DNA from: Mobula hypostoma
Lineage: Eukaryota
Direction: 5' to 3'
Assembly (NCBI RefSeq): GCF_963921235.1
Contig: NC_086097.1
Span: 87,794,001-87,858,000 of the forward strand
Length of the DNA: 64,000 nucleotides
Below are positions 1-12,167 of the stretch, piece after piece. The position numbers and the translations under genes were made by a program. A model generated the notes under the pieces. The model had not been told where the DNA came from, searched no databases, and saw only the letters and a list, made by a program, of their open reading frames with translations. Positions within the stretch are counted from its first letter, which is position 1; each line of letters begins with the position of its first letter.

Positions 1-955
1 TTCTGGGACCTCTACTTTTCGTGATTTTTTTTATTAACGACCTGGATGTGGGGGTAGAAGGGTGGGTTGGCAAGTTTGTAGACGACACAAAGGTTGGTGG
101 TGTTGTAGATAGTGTAGAGGATTGTCGAAGATTGCAGAGAGACATTGATAGGATGCAGAAGTGGGCTGAGAAGTGGCAGGTGGAGTTCAACCCAGAGAAG
201 TGTGAGGTGGTACACTTTGGAAGGACAAACTCCAAGGCAGAGTACAAAGTAAATGGCAGGATACTTGGTAGTGTGGAGGAGCAGAGGGATCTGGGAGTAC
301 ATGTCCACAGATCCCGGAAAGCTGCCTCACAGGTAGATAGGGTAGTTAAGAAAGCTTATGGGGTGTTAGCTTTCATAAGTCGAGGGATAGAGTTTAAGAG
401 TCGCAATGTAATGATGCAGCTTTGTAAAACTCTGGTTAGGCCACACTTGGAGTACTGTGTCCAGTTCTGGTCACCTCACTATAGGAAGGATGTGGAAGCA
501 TTGGAAAGGGTACAGAGGAGATTTACCAGGATGCTGCCTGGTTTAGAAAGAGATTAAGGGAGCTAGGGCTTTACTCTTTGGAGAGAAGGAGGATGAGAGG
601 AGACATGATAGAGGTGTACAAGATAATAAGAGGAATAGATAGAGTGGATAGCCAGCGCCTCTTCCCCAGGGCACCACTGCTCAATACAAGAGGACATGGC
701 TTTAAGGTAAGGGGTGGGAAGTTCAAGGGGGATATTAGAAGAAGGTTTTTTACTCAGAGAGTGGTTGGTGCGTGGAATGCACTGCCTGAGTCAGTGGTGG
801 AGGCAGATACACTAGTGAAGTTTAAGAGACTACTAGACAGGTATATGGAGGAATTTAAGGTGGGGGGCTTATATGGGAGGCAGGGTTTGAGGGTCAGCAC
901 AACATTGTGGGCCGAAGGGCCTGTACTGTGCTGTATTATTCTATGTTCTATGTTC
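1..955 (+). mobile_element. CR1 LINE, 3' portion (RT C-terminus and tail), cut by the window edge
   Basis: FINDLD...KFVDDTK...LVRPHLEYCVQFWSP...FFTQRVVGAWNALP; ends in a (CTATGTT)n-type tail. Confidence 0.92.
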
Positions 956-1129
956 CAAATTTCCCTATCACGCACTGACTTTTGAAATTACCTATATTTG
1001 TTATTCCAATTCATAATTCAATTAAAATGTCAATTAAAGTGTTGTCCACAATGTAAGCTGAAAAGTTTTCCTATTTTGTCTTGGCATGCTTTGGCAGGGC
1101 AGGTTTTAGAATGGCTCTAAATTTCCAGG

Positions 1130-1530
1130 AAGAATTTCAATATTTGAGACAGATATTTCCCACAACAACTGATGCCAAAATATAAAAAAGCTTTTTTGTT
1201 GGTCCACAAATCAAACAGCTCATGAATGAGAGGCAATTTGAAGAAATTCTAGTGGGACAGGTGAAAATTGCATGGAAGGCAATCAAAGATGACGGTGAAA
1301 ATTTTCTTGGCAACTTCAGAGCACCAAACTACACGCAGATGGTTGACAACATGCTTCAAGCATACAAAACCATAAAGTGCAAAGATTAATTCTCTGCATT
1401 CCCATTTAGACTTCTTCCCTTTAAATCTTGGCACTGACAGCGATGAGCATGGCGAAAGGTTTCACCATGACATTGTGTTCATGGAGAAACAGTATCAGGG
1501 CAATTGGAATCCATCCATGCTGGCTGATTA
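1130..1530 (+). mobile_element. Decayed DNA transposase C-terminal fragment, probably CMC/Chapaev3-like
   Basis: Manual translation: FQYLRQIFP..DAKI..FVGPQIKQLM...HSHLDFFPLNLGTDSDEHGERFHHDI..MEKQYQGNWNPSMLADY, with a stop and a frameshift. Family assignment is from memory of the motif. Confidence 0.6.
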
Positions 1531-1532
1531 TA

Positions 1533-2076
1533 AGAGTCGCGATGTAATGATGCAGCTCTGTAAAACTCTGGTTAGGCCACACTTGGAGTACTGTGTCCAG
1601 TTCTGGTCACCTCACTATAGGAAGGATGTGGAAGCATTGGAAAGGGTACAGAGGAGATTTACCAGGATGCTGCCTGGTTTAGAGAGTATACATTGCGATC
1701 AGAGATTAAGGGAGCTAGGGCTAACTCTTTGGAGAGAAGGAGGGTGAGAGGAGACATGATAGAGGTGTACAAGATAATAAGAGGAATGGATAGAGTGGAT
1801 AGGCCGCGCCTCTTCCCCAGGGCACCACTGCTCAATACAAGAGGACATGGCTTTAAGGTAAGGGGTGGGAAGTTCAAGGGGGATATTAGAAGAAGGTTTT
1901 TTACTCAGAGAGTGGTTGGTGCGTGGAATGCACTGCCTGAGTCAGTGGTGGAGGCAGATACACTAGTGAAGTTTAAGAGACTTAAGGTGGGGGGCTTATA
2001 TGGGAGGCAGGGTTTGAGGGTCGGCACAACATTGTGGGCCGAAGGGCCTGTACTGTGCTGTACTATTCTATGTTCT
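1533..2076 (+). mobile_element. 5'-truncated CR1 LINE, near-identical to about 397-950
   Basis: Same LVRPHLEYCVQFWSP...WNALP sequence; candidate TSD ATTATA at 1527-1532 and 2077-2082. Confidence 0.9.
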
Positions 2077-2468
2077 ATTATAGTATTTTCATCCTTTCAA
2101 AGTGAGCATAAATCATGTTCAGCTGATCAGAGAGTGAAACATTGCAGCTACCTATGATGTTAGATTTTATCTTGCGGAAAGTAATGGTCTGCAAACCCTG
2201 CCACAGGTGACATACATCCAATTTTGTCTCTGACTCCCCTTGGAATTGCTTTCTTGTTCTTAAAATAGCCTTCTATAGGTTAATCTGGACCTCTGTAGAG
2301 TTCTGAATTGCTGTTCTTGAATGCCACAGGGCTAACCCTCAGCAGACTACAAATCTCCTGTTCATCTGGTTTAGTCATAGTCATACTTTACTGATCCTGG
2401 GGGACATTGGTTTTTGTTACAGTTGCACCATAAATAATTAAAGAGTAATAAAATCATATGTTCTTTAA

Positions 2469-2504
2469 GGTCCTGACGAAGGGTCTCGGCCTGAAACGTC
2501 GACT
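2469..2504 (+). ncRNA. Minimal type I hammerhead ribozyme motif
   Basis: GGTC-CTGACGA-AGGgtctcggCCT-GAAA-CG-TC-GACT: helix I GGUC/GACU, CUGANGA core, helix II, GAAA, palindromic ACGU helix III, GUC cleavage triplet ending at 2500. Confidence 0.75.
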
Positions 2505-2568
2505 GCGCCTCTTCCTATAGATGCTGCTTGGCCTGCTGCGTTCACCAGCAACTTTGATGTATGTTGCT
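2472..2568 (+). mobile_element. Short Penelope pLTR/tail insertion carrying a hammerhead motif
   Basis: Matches the reverse complement of the 19327-19465 Penelope tail; 13-bp direct repeat TGTTCTTTAAGGT at 2459-2471 and 2569-2581. Confidence 0.85.
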
Positions 2569-3559
2569 TGTTCTTTAAGGTGCACTTTCATGATGAAGGT
2601 CTTGATGAAGTTGGTGACAACTGCTTTCTTATTTGAAGCAGATTTTGAAGAACTAAGCATTCAAATAAAACTTCATGTCATTTACCTTTAATGTTTTTTT
2701 TCTCTCAAAATCCTTTCATTCCTTGACTAATTTGACCATACAGCCTTGCAAATTTATTTAAGCTTACATACTGGGTAAAATTTTCTGATATTAACCATAG
2801 AAAACAAATCAATTATTAATTTATTCAGGTTGTTCTTATAAATGGATACACAGGCATTCAAATGCAGATCGGTTTTGATATAGTCTGAAACAAAGAGAAA
2901 GAGGCATCTGGAGCTAAAGAGCAGTCCGACTTTTATGCAAGGAAATCAAGATGTTTTCAAACTAAAAGCCTGTTAGCATCCTTCCAAATTTGATAGCTGA
3001 TCAAATTGTAGAACCTCTGCAGTTTTTGCTCCCCTTCCTTGGCTTTTTATAATTCACTGCACTATCTTGACACTCAATTTTTATGTTGTTAAAGCCAAAA
3101 AGATATTCTTTGGCTTCCAAGTGTTGATCATTACAACATCCCAGTCCCTCTTAAAAGAATTGTTTTATTTGCAGCAAATATGGAGTGCAACATTTTAATA
3201 GTGTTACCAAAGGACTTCCATTAACAGCACTTACTTTGAATGAGCCATACCACTGTTTCACACTAACCCTGCAGAAATTAATGTCATCAAGAATTTGATC
3301 ATTCAAAATGTGATCGTGTGCTGTTTGAAACATTCTGACCACTATTGCACTATATTTGCTCCAAAGGAAACAAGCATATGGAAACCAATTGTAAACAGAC
3401 ATTGACCTGGAATGTTTTAAAATAACTGATGAAGTAGTCAAATTTTTGTTTGGAGTTTATGATTTAATTCAGCTTTCAAGATGATAAAGTATTTTCTCTC
3501 CTGCTCTCTGTATAACATTGCGTTTACTCTGACTATAACTATATTGATTGAATTCATGA

Positions 3560-6330
3560 ATTTAAGTTCAAGTTTATTGTCATTTGATTGTGGATAAATA
3601 CAACCAAACAAAACCATGTTCCTCTGGACCATGGTGCTCCCACAAAACATATAACGCACACAACACATGAACCAAAATTTTACTATAAATAAGTTAATAG
3701 AATATAATTCAAAATGCATGTAGTGCAGTTTAACAGTGAACAACATGTTGATTTCAGTGGTGGCAGGGTACTCATTAGTCGCTCAGCCTGAGGGAAGAAA
3801 CTGATACACAGTCTGGTGGTCCTTGTCCTGATGCTTCCATACCTCCTTCCTGGTGGTAGTGGGTCCAAGGCATTGTGGGATTGGTGGTAGGGGTCCTCAA
3901 CAATGCTTTGGGCCCTTCATCTGCAATGATCTTGGTAAATGTCACGACTAAGGGAGAGGGAGTCTCCAGTGATTCCCTTGGCAATTTTAACAATCCTCTG
4001 TAGGATCTTGTCGTCTGATACTTTGCAGCCTCCATACCACACAATGATGCAGCCAGACAATATACTCTCAATAGTGCTCCTGCAAAAAGTCATTAGAATG
4101 GGGCCGGGGTGCTTTGCATGCCTCAGTCTCCTCAGAAACTGTAGATGCTACTGTGCCTTCTTGACCAGTGGGGAGGTGTTGTGGGTCCAGGTTAGATCAT
4201 GTGCTGTGTGCACACCAATGAATATTGTGCTCTTCACTTTCTTCACAGCAGAGCCATTGATGTGCAATGGAGGGTGGCTGACCTGTATCCTCCCGAAGTC
4301 CACAATCATCTCTTGTGTCTTGTCCATGTTGAGAAACAGGTTGTTGTTCTTGAACATTTGACAAGCCTCTCAGCCTCCTCTCTGCATGCCGACTCATCAT
4401 TATTGCTGATGAGGCCAACCACTGTACTTGGTACAACCACTGTTCATCAGCGAGCTTGATGTTGTTTGAGCTGAATCTGGCCATGCAGTCGTGAGTCAGC
4501 GGCGTAAGCAGCAGTGAGCTGAGCACACAGTCCTGGAGGGCACCAGTGCTCAGCATGATGGAGCATGAGATGTTGTGCCAACTCAGAATGACTGGTATTG
4601 TTCTGTTAAGTAGTCCAAGATCCAATTATGGAGAGGGGCATTAGTCCCAACAAGGACAGTTTACCCACCAGCCTCTGAGGAATGACCAAGCTGGTGACAA
4701 TGAACAGCATTCTGGTGCATGGGGCATCGACTTCTAGGTGGGACAGGTCAGAGTGGAGGGCAGAGGCTGTGAGATCATCAGCTTGAGCAGTAGGCGAACT
4801 GGATGGGGTCCAATGTAGCTGGAAGGTGGCATTTTGTATTATCCATTATGAGCCTCTCAAAGCACTTCATTATTGTTGAAGTCAGTGCCACTGAGCAGTA
4901 ATCGTTTAGGCCTGTTACTGTTGATCTCTTGGGCACTGGAATGATGGTAGCTGTCTTATAGCCTGAAGTGACAGTGGATTGTTTCAGGTAGATGCTAAAG
5001 ATACCCATTAATACGACTGTTAGCTAATCCACACAGTCCCTCAGCACCAGACCAGGTATGATGTCTGGCCCTGCAGCTTCGCTTGGGTCTACTCTGACTA
5101 GTGTCCTCCTCACTTTGGCTGCAGCCAGAGAGGGTGCCTGTTCCTCGGGGGCAGAGAGGGTTTTCCTCGATGTCACATCGTTCACTGCACCAAATCCTGC
5201 ATAGAAGGCATTCAGCCTATCAGGAAAGGAGGCATAACTGTTGTTGACGCACGGGGTGTACTTGTAATCTGATATGGTGCCCCTGTTGTCACAAGGTGTT
5301 TGTGAATTATCTGTGCGTACTCGCGCTTTGCCTTCTTGATAGCACAGGAGAGTGCTGCTCTTGCTGATCTTGGAGATGTCCTGTCCCCTGATCTGAAAGC
5401 AGTATCCTGAACCTTGAGCAGTCTATGCAGTCAGCCGTGGTTTCTGGTTTGCCCTGGCAGTGCAGTGTGTATTCATGGTAACATCCTCGATTCACTTTCC
5501 TATGTAGCCAGTCAGTGACCGGCATATCATCAATGTTGACGTATTGATTGCAGGTAGTCACCTCCCTGAATGTGCTCCAATGCATGCTTTCAAAGCAATC
5601 CTGTAATGCTGAATTGTCACCTTCTGGCCCTGTAAACTGGTTTGATTTGTTTAACCAGTGGTCTAAATACAGGATATATAGTCTTGAGTATCTGAGGTGA
5701 GGGTGGAGGACAGCTTGTAGGCTCCAGTAGCTTTCGTATAAACCTGGTTCTCATATAATGTCTGCTCTGGTTGCGAAGTTGGCATGCTGGTAGAACTTTG
5801 ATAGGACTATTTTTAAGTTGGCATGATTGAAGTCACCAGCAACCATTGAGAAGCCATCAGCATGAGTGGCTTTGAGGTCACAGGTGGTGCTGCAGAGTTC
5901 CTGCAGCACTTCCCCAGCGATAGCACAGAGGGGGGAAGGGATGTGAACACCAGTAATGACAATGGCAGTGAGCTCCGGCACTTCACCATTAAAAAATTCT
6001 GTCTGCGATGAGCAGTGGGCCGTTACTTCCAAGGAGTTTACACACCACTTCGTAATGATGTAGACTTGCACACCTCCTTCACGGGTCTTGCCGGGAGTTG
6101 TAGCCTTTCTGTCCACCCAAAAGGAGATGAGGCCAAGCTGGATGGCCAGGTCTGGAATGGTGTCTTGAAGCCACATTTCTGTCAGTGATAGTGTGCAACA
6201 GTCCCTCATCTCCTGCTGGTTCAGACACAGGCATAGGTAATCCAGTTTATTTTCCAGCAATCAGACATTACTTAGTTTTAATTGACGGGAGCGTGGGCCT
6301 GAAGGGATCCAATTTAAGTCTCACACTAAT
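3560..6330 (-). mobile_element. Long decayed Rex1/Babar-type LINE (APE endonuclease plus RT)
   Basis: Minus-strand fragments LTEMWLQD...AGDFNHANL (endonuclease), ATIIPVPK...VALTSTIMKCFERL, TGALQDCVLS, LTWTHNT...KKAQ; many frameshifts. Confidence 0.85.
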
Positions 6331-8694
6331 GCTGGCATGCTTATTACACTTTTGCTTTCCAAGGGCACCACGTCCTCAAGTTACTATAGTAGACCGTGGA
6401 ATGGTAGCCCACTCCCCACGTTAGTCCATAACTGCTCAGCATCTTCAGTATTCCACTTCCCGGCAAGTTAGTCTTGCAAATTTTAGTGTTCTTAATGTTC
6501 AGCAGGGTTTTTGCAGTTATAGAAAAGATGGACAGGACAAGAAATTTCACCATGGGTTGGAGCCAGAGTGGCTGTTGCATCCATGCATTCTGCAGCCTTG
6601 TGACAAATTGCATTGCAAATTGGACTAGTAACAGAAACTGTTGTTCACTCTTCATTGTGAGTTATTCTAGTTATCTAGCTCCTTCACGCTGGTCTAGAAA
6701 CTTGAATAAATTAATATATTTTTCTTCTAAAACTATGACTCATTTTAGGTACCATCGGGTACTGTAAGCCTAACTTTTGTTTCATTATCTGTACAATCTG
6801 TCATCCTCTTTTCACAATTAATCTCAGTGCTGTTGTTTCCCCCTGAGTTTTAAAGCTCTGATTCTCTAATGTTATAGACAGTCACTGTTTAAATAAAAAT
6901 ACTCTAATGTCTGAACTCCACTGAATAAGCTGACAAGATGTTAGGAGAACAATGGGAGTTACCTTTACACAACTCCATTCATGTTCTTGGGATGTCCCAA
7001 AGATCCTTGCAGGCAGTTTTCCTGTTAAGCAGTCCCTCGGTCACAGGTAACTTTTAACGTATAAACTGTAAGCAAAGGTGGCTTTCAGTTGTGGACAGCC
7101 AGGTTCCATAACCAGTCGCGCAATAAATTAATCTACTGTGATGGGAAGGGCTAAATGTTGATCCAAACTGTGGCAAAAACCTCCATTTACTGTAAGTAAG
7201 TCTGTTTACATATAACAGATGGCACCTTCAGCAGTGTATCTTTTCCTCAGCATTAAGTAAGATATATTGGTCAGTGCTGTGAAATGTTTTGGGACGAAAC
7301 GTTCATGAATGTTGGTATGAAGCACCTTGATTACTTGATTCCATGGACCAGAGAGCAGTGAAAGAATAATTCTTGTCGAAATATGTGTGTTTTTTTAGTT
7401 CTGCTGAGCAAAGATGATTTTAACTCCTTTCCCCCATCTCCTAAACATCTTGGCTTTCTGTTAAAATGTTATAGTGGACGCATGCTATCACGTTAACCTT
7501 CACCACATTTTTCAGACCTGATGTTTTCATTAAATTTATGTAGGGTTTCGATGCCTTTTCAATTTTGTTTGATGGAGTTGATTAGTGGTCATCCATTGTG
7601 GAACAGCAGTGCCCTTCCAGCTGGATTACAGGGCCGTGATCAGTGCTAACAGCTAGGGTATTCTCTTAAAACAATATTGTATTAATTAAATAAAATACCT
7701 GCTTTATTAAAAAAAATCATTTAAGTAACACATTTGGGTTAAAATTCTTTAGATGTTTAAAAAAAATAAGCTGGGGTTTCATAAAATGGCATTCCAAATA
7801 GGATGAATATTCTACTTAGTGCAAACATACGTTTTGCAATTTAGTTTTTTATTCTATAATTTTACTAAAGTGGGGTGGGGTGCAGATCCAGCCCATGAGA
7901 CGATTGCACTGGGCTATGTCTGAGGGGATGCACTATCTGAGCTTGCTACCCAGCCTATCTGTATGTTCAGAGCTGCAGATTAAAAGTTACTCAGATTTAT
8001 AAAAGCCAGTAATGATTATATTTTTATTTCTCCCACAAGGCTTTGCAATGGGAACTTGATCCCAGTGCTGGCTGTTGACCAGCGAGACGCTGTGTAGAAT
8101 TGGCGGCTGACTGAGATGTACCCCCAGGCTTACCAGCTGTCAGAAAAAGTGAATGACTTTAACAAACATTCAAAAATAAAGTATTAAACATTAACACAAA
8201 TTGAAGTACTAAATATTAAAACTGTTTGAAAATAAATATTAAAAACACTTGAATAACTTAAAACCCAATAGAAGTAATGTAAGATGTTTGAATCTCTTTT
8301 GCACCCTACTCCCTGAGTTGTTGACTGAATGGAGCTGCTGAATCTTTGCCAGATCTTCTGTGCTTCAGGCTCAGAGGGCACATCACCCAGGAGGAGTTGA
8401 ACCATCGGAACACAGTTGGAGTGACAGCAGTAAGAACTTCTCGTGAAGTTCAGGGCTGCTGAGATCCATATGAGTGGTTTTCAGTAGGGGTTTGTCAGTC
8501 TGCTGCTTCTTGCAGAACAGTTGTGCAACTCAACTATTGTTATCCTTGCACTTTACCAGATGGATCTCTTTTGCTTGCATAACCTCAAAGGATGCAAGTT
8601 TGGAATAACTCGATTTCCTCCTGAGTGAAGCCGCATCAACAGCAACTTGGCAGAACACCTTCCCCTCAGCAGTCTATACAGCACAGGAGATTTC

Positions 8695-8950
8695 AAAATC
8701 CAAACATTGAAGTAGTTGGAAATCTGTAATAAAATAAAAAAATGCTGAAAATAGTCAGCCAAATGTCTTAGACAATGCCAAGATGAAAACACACTTGGAG
8801 TTACTGATCCTTTGTCAAGTCTGGAAGTGATAGAGAAAGAAATATTTTGAGTTGCAGAGGAAGTGGAGGGAGAGACGGCGTGAAAAGGAGATCTGAGATG
8901 TGGTGTAGGCAGCCAAGTGACTTAGAAAGCCTGAAACCAGGTGGAAAAGA
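8695..8950 (-). mobile_element. Highly decayed Penelope tail remnant
   Basis: tggaaatctgtaataaaataaaaaatgctgaaaatagtcagc resembles the reverse of the other tail copies. Confidence 0.45.
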
Positions 8951-11444
8951 ATGAAGGTTCCTAAGAGTACAAAAATAGCCACGGTGAAAGAGGATATATA
9001 TAATCAATCTCCTTATTTGGAATTCATTTTCTGGGTCTTACATTTAGCAAAGTAAATCCTTTAAATTACGCAGTTGTTGAATTTTGCATGGGAATAATAC
9101 CAAACTGTTCCATAATGGGGCCAATCAATCGGAATCCAAACTGTCCTTATGCATTCGATAGCGGAATGTTGAAGAGTGTGATTGAAAATTGCTTCCTGAA
9201 GTACCCAAGCCAGCTATGTAATAATGCACACAGCTAACTGTACCCTGACCAGGTGTTGAGCTCAGCAGTACCTTGGGCTGTATTTTGTGGAGTACTATAT
9301 GATAAGTTGAAATTTCTTTTAGACTAATGTTTGTACAGATGTAATTTCTTTTTCGGTCAACTGGAAGAAAATACTGTACTTCAAATCTTGCAAGAAAGTG
9401 TGCTATTCATTATAGATAATTGTAGTAATGGCCTTGGGCAAATCATCGAAGTGAAGAGCTCTTAAAATAATATATCATCTAACAAATACAATTACCGAGA
9501 TTAACCTTTCAGACGTTCAAAAAGATGCTCTATTTTAGATCTCTTCCCTTAGTCTCGAGCTTCTTCCCATGGCTGACATTATACAGAGAAGAAATCAATA
9601 CCTTCAATTTAAAAGTATGGCATACCCAAGTGGCAGTTGTGCTCAGAGGGGGAAAAAGTGCTAAAATTTTACCTATTTCACACTCTCTCTCCATAATATC
9701 ATATTATGAAGTTAGTCCTCTTTGTGAAACCTATGCTCCAATTTGTCAAGACTTGGCAATAGTTGCACACCCTTGATTTCTTAACACAAATCGTTGAAAA
9801 GGGTTTGATTTTAAATTACCTCCACTGCCAAAAGGGCACCAAATTTGAATATGCTGTATTTCTCTGCCAATGCTGTTTAAAAGTGCAGTACAATCAGTCC
9901 CATTCCTTTGTTCTTCCTTTAGCTCTGCAAATGCCTCTTTTTGGGCTGTGGGGATGTTTGATATGGGGAAGGAAGTTGGAGAATGGTGATTTGCTTCAAG
10001 TGCCAGTTAGTTCAGAAAGATAATCAGACGTCAAGAAATGTATTAGTTTGGTCCTTATGTTAGTCAGGCCCTTCTTTGTACCAAACTCTCTGACAAGATA
10101 TTTGGTTATACTGCTTAATCTTTTGGTCTGGTTTTCATTTTCCTTGCCTTGTATATCTGCAAAGCACCTTGTGGTGTAAACGTAAGTTTGCTGGATCAAA
10201 TAACGACAGCACAAAAAGATCGTTACTTATCTTTTCTCCCATTTATTTCTTCGAGCTCAGCTGGCGAGTGAACTTGGTTCCGACATCAGGGAGAGAAGCG
10301 TTCTCATCTCTCCAGTGGTTCAACAAGTTCACTGCCTGATTTCAGAATTGTTAGAACTTATAAGGCCACTGATACAAAAGAAAAATCAGTTTGATAAGCA
10401 TTCCAGCCAAGTCAATGGACTATTGATACAAAAGAACAATCAGTTTGATAGACACTCCAGCCACCTTAATTAAAGAATGTCCCACCTGGTTTGTTGGAGC
10501 CACAACTTAATTACAAAGAGACGAACATCCGTCAAATTTATGCTTTAGTTAAGAAAGGAATGCCCTGTCTAATTTCCATCAGGTACTGCCTTTTGTCAAA
10601 ACCAAAAGGTGTGAAAAGCCAGGAGACATCTTGTGTGGATCTGGATGAACTTTATCTTGCTCCAAAGAAAGCAGCTGTGAGACATTATTCAAACCCACTG
10701 CAGTCACCCACAAAATACACAGACATAGTTCGTACTTAACCCATTGTTTATAGAAATCTGAGAATCCCCCACTCCCTTAACCTTTATCAGTGGTATTTTA
10801 CATGTGTATATGTAATTTTCATTACAGTATTTACAAATTTTAGCTTTCAATACTAGCTTTTCTTCTGTGCTCCTGAGAGAAATAAATCAGTTTTCTGTAT
10901 GCTTAATCTGTGGATTCTGGCCATTGAGATTGGGATTAGCTAATAAGAAGTTACTTCACTCAGACTGCACTAGGAAATGAAATGCTGGAGTCCACTGTTG
11001 TGGAAACTGCAACAGTTACATTCCAAATTTCAGTTATTAGTATTAAAGCAGAAAAGCACTCTTGCTATGGTGATGGTTCTGAGTTTGACTAGGATTTCAA
11101 ATTGAAGACAAAGTGAAATGATTGTGAGGTGAATTTAAGTCAAAAACACTTCTAGCTGTCTTTTCTCATCATGTTATCATCTTTCTCTTCTATTCTAAAG
11201 GAAAGACTATTAACAATTTCACTTAGCCCACTTCCAACCAACTTTCTTCAGGATGAATGGTGAAACCTGCAGGGAAATGTAATCATTAGTGGTATGTGCA
11301 TTGATGAAAATTGTTTTCAAGTTGGTGCCTTGATCTGTGGATATAAAGGTGTGAAGAAATGCTAGTTTGAATGAGCTGCTATACAAGTGATTTAAAAGGC
11401 AGTGGATCACTTCTACCTCTCTTTGTGATTGTAAGTCTAAGTAT

Positions 11445-11790
11445 TCATAGTCAAAGTAAATATATTATCAGAGTACATACATGTTACCATATGCAACCTT
11501 GAGATTCATTTTCTTGCAGGCATTTGCAGGAAAATAAATACAATAGAATTTATGCAAAACTACACATAAAGACTGACAACAAATGTACAAGTAATAAAGA
11601 ATTATACTGAGAACATAAGCTGTGGAATCTTTGAAAGTTAAGACTGTTGATTGTGTGATCAGTTTACAGTTGTGGTGAGCGAAGTTATCCATGCTGGTTC
11701 AGGGGCCTGGTATTATAGGGTGTAATTTTTCTTGAAACTGGTATTGTGTGGCTTCCTGACCAATGGTAGGAACAAGGCGAGAGCATTGCC
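11445..11790 (-). mobile_element. Rex1/Babar 3' tail fragment
   Basis: Reverse complement contains aagaaaatgaatctcaaggttgcatatggtaacatgtatgtactctgataat, as in the tails near 15330 and 42700. Confidence 0.7.
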
Positions 11791-12036
11791 TCAAATAAGA
11801 ATGGACACAATCATCAAGATAATAGCTAATAGTCACAATTTAAAATTTTGCCACTGATTTATGACCAGATGGTAAATGTTACCAAATGGTTAACTGATTG
11901 TGTTGTGCACCAAGAATGACTTTCCTCAAATGACAATTGTAGTTATGTGGTAATAGAATTTTGCTAGTGCTAATTTTATATCTGAATGAATGGATGAAAC
12001 TAGATGGAGCTTTTTAACTGACTGATGTTTCTACAG

Positions 12037-12167
12037 AACACTCAAACTACTTTGGGGTGGATGAAAATTTGGGTCCTGTGGCAGTAAGTATTAGACGGGA
12101 AAAACTGGAGGACAGTAAAGAGCATGGACCTCAATACAACTATCGAATCATCCTGAGAACAAGTGAG
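12037..12167 (+). CDS. SIPA1L1: SIPA1-like 1 (Rap GAP) internal exon A, upstream of the RapGAP catalytic core
   Basis: Acceptor tttctacAG, donor GTgaga; 131 nt, phase 1 to 0. Encodes (E)[43 protein letters not shown], matching the SIPA1L family segment [19 protein letters not shown]. Not in the ORF track. Confidence 0.92.

Noticed and set aside
1475..1747. Novel fusion protein ORF
   Set aside because: Chance in-frame junction of a dead transposase fragment and a truncated CR1.
8020..8150. Acceptor-like site tttttatttctcccacaAG at 8039
   Set aside because: The phase needed to match exon A hits TGA within seven codons, and there is no SIPA1L similarity or convincing donor.
10370..10463. CRISPR-like repeat-spacer
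   Set aside because: Only two diverged units with a 14-nt gap in a vertebrate intron, and no cas genes.
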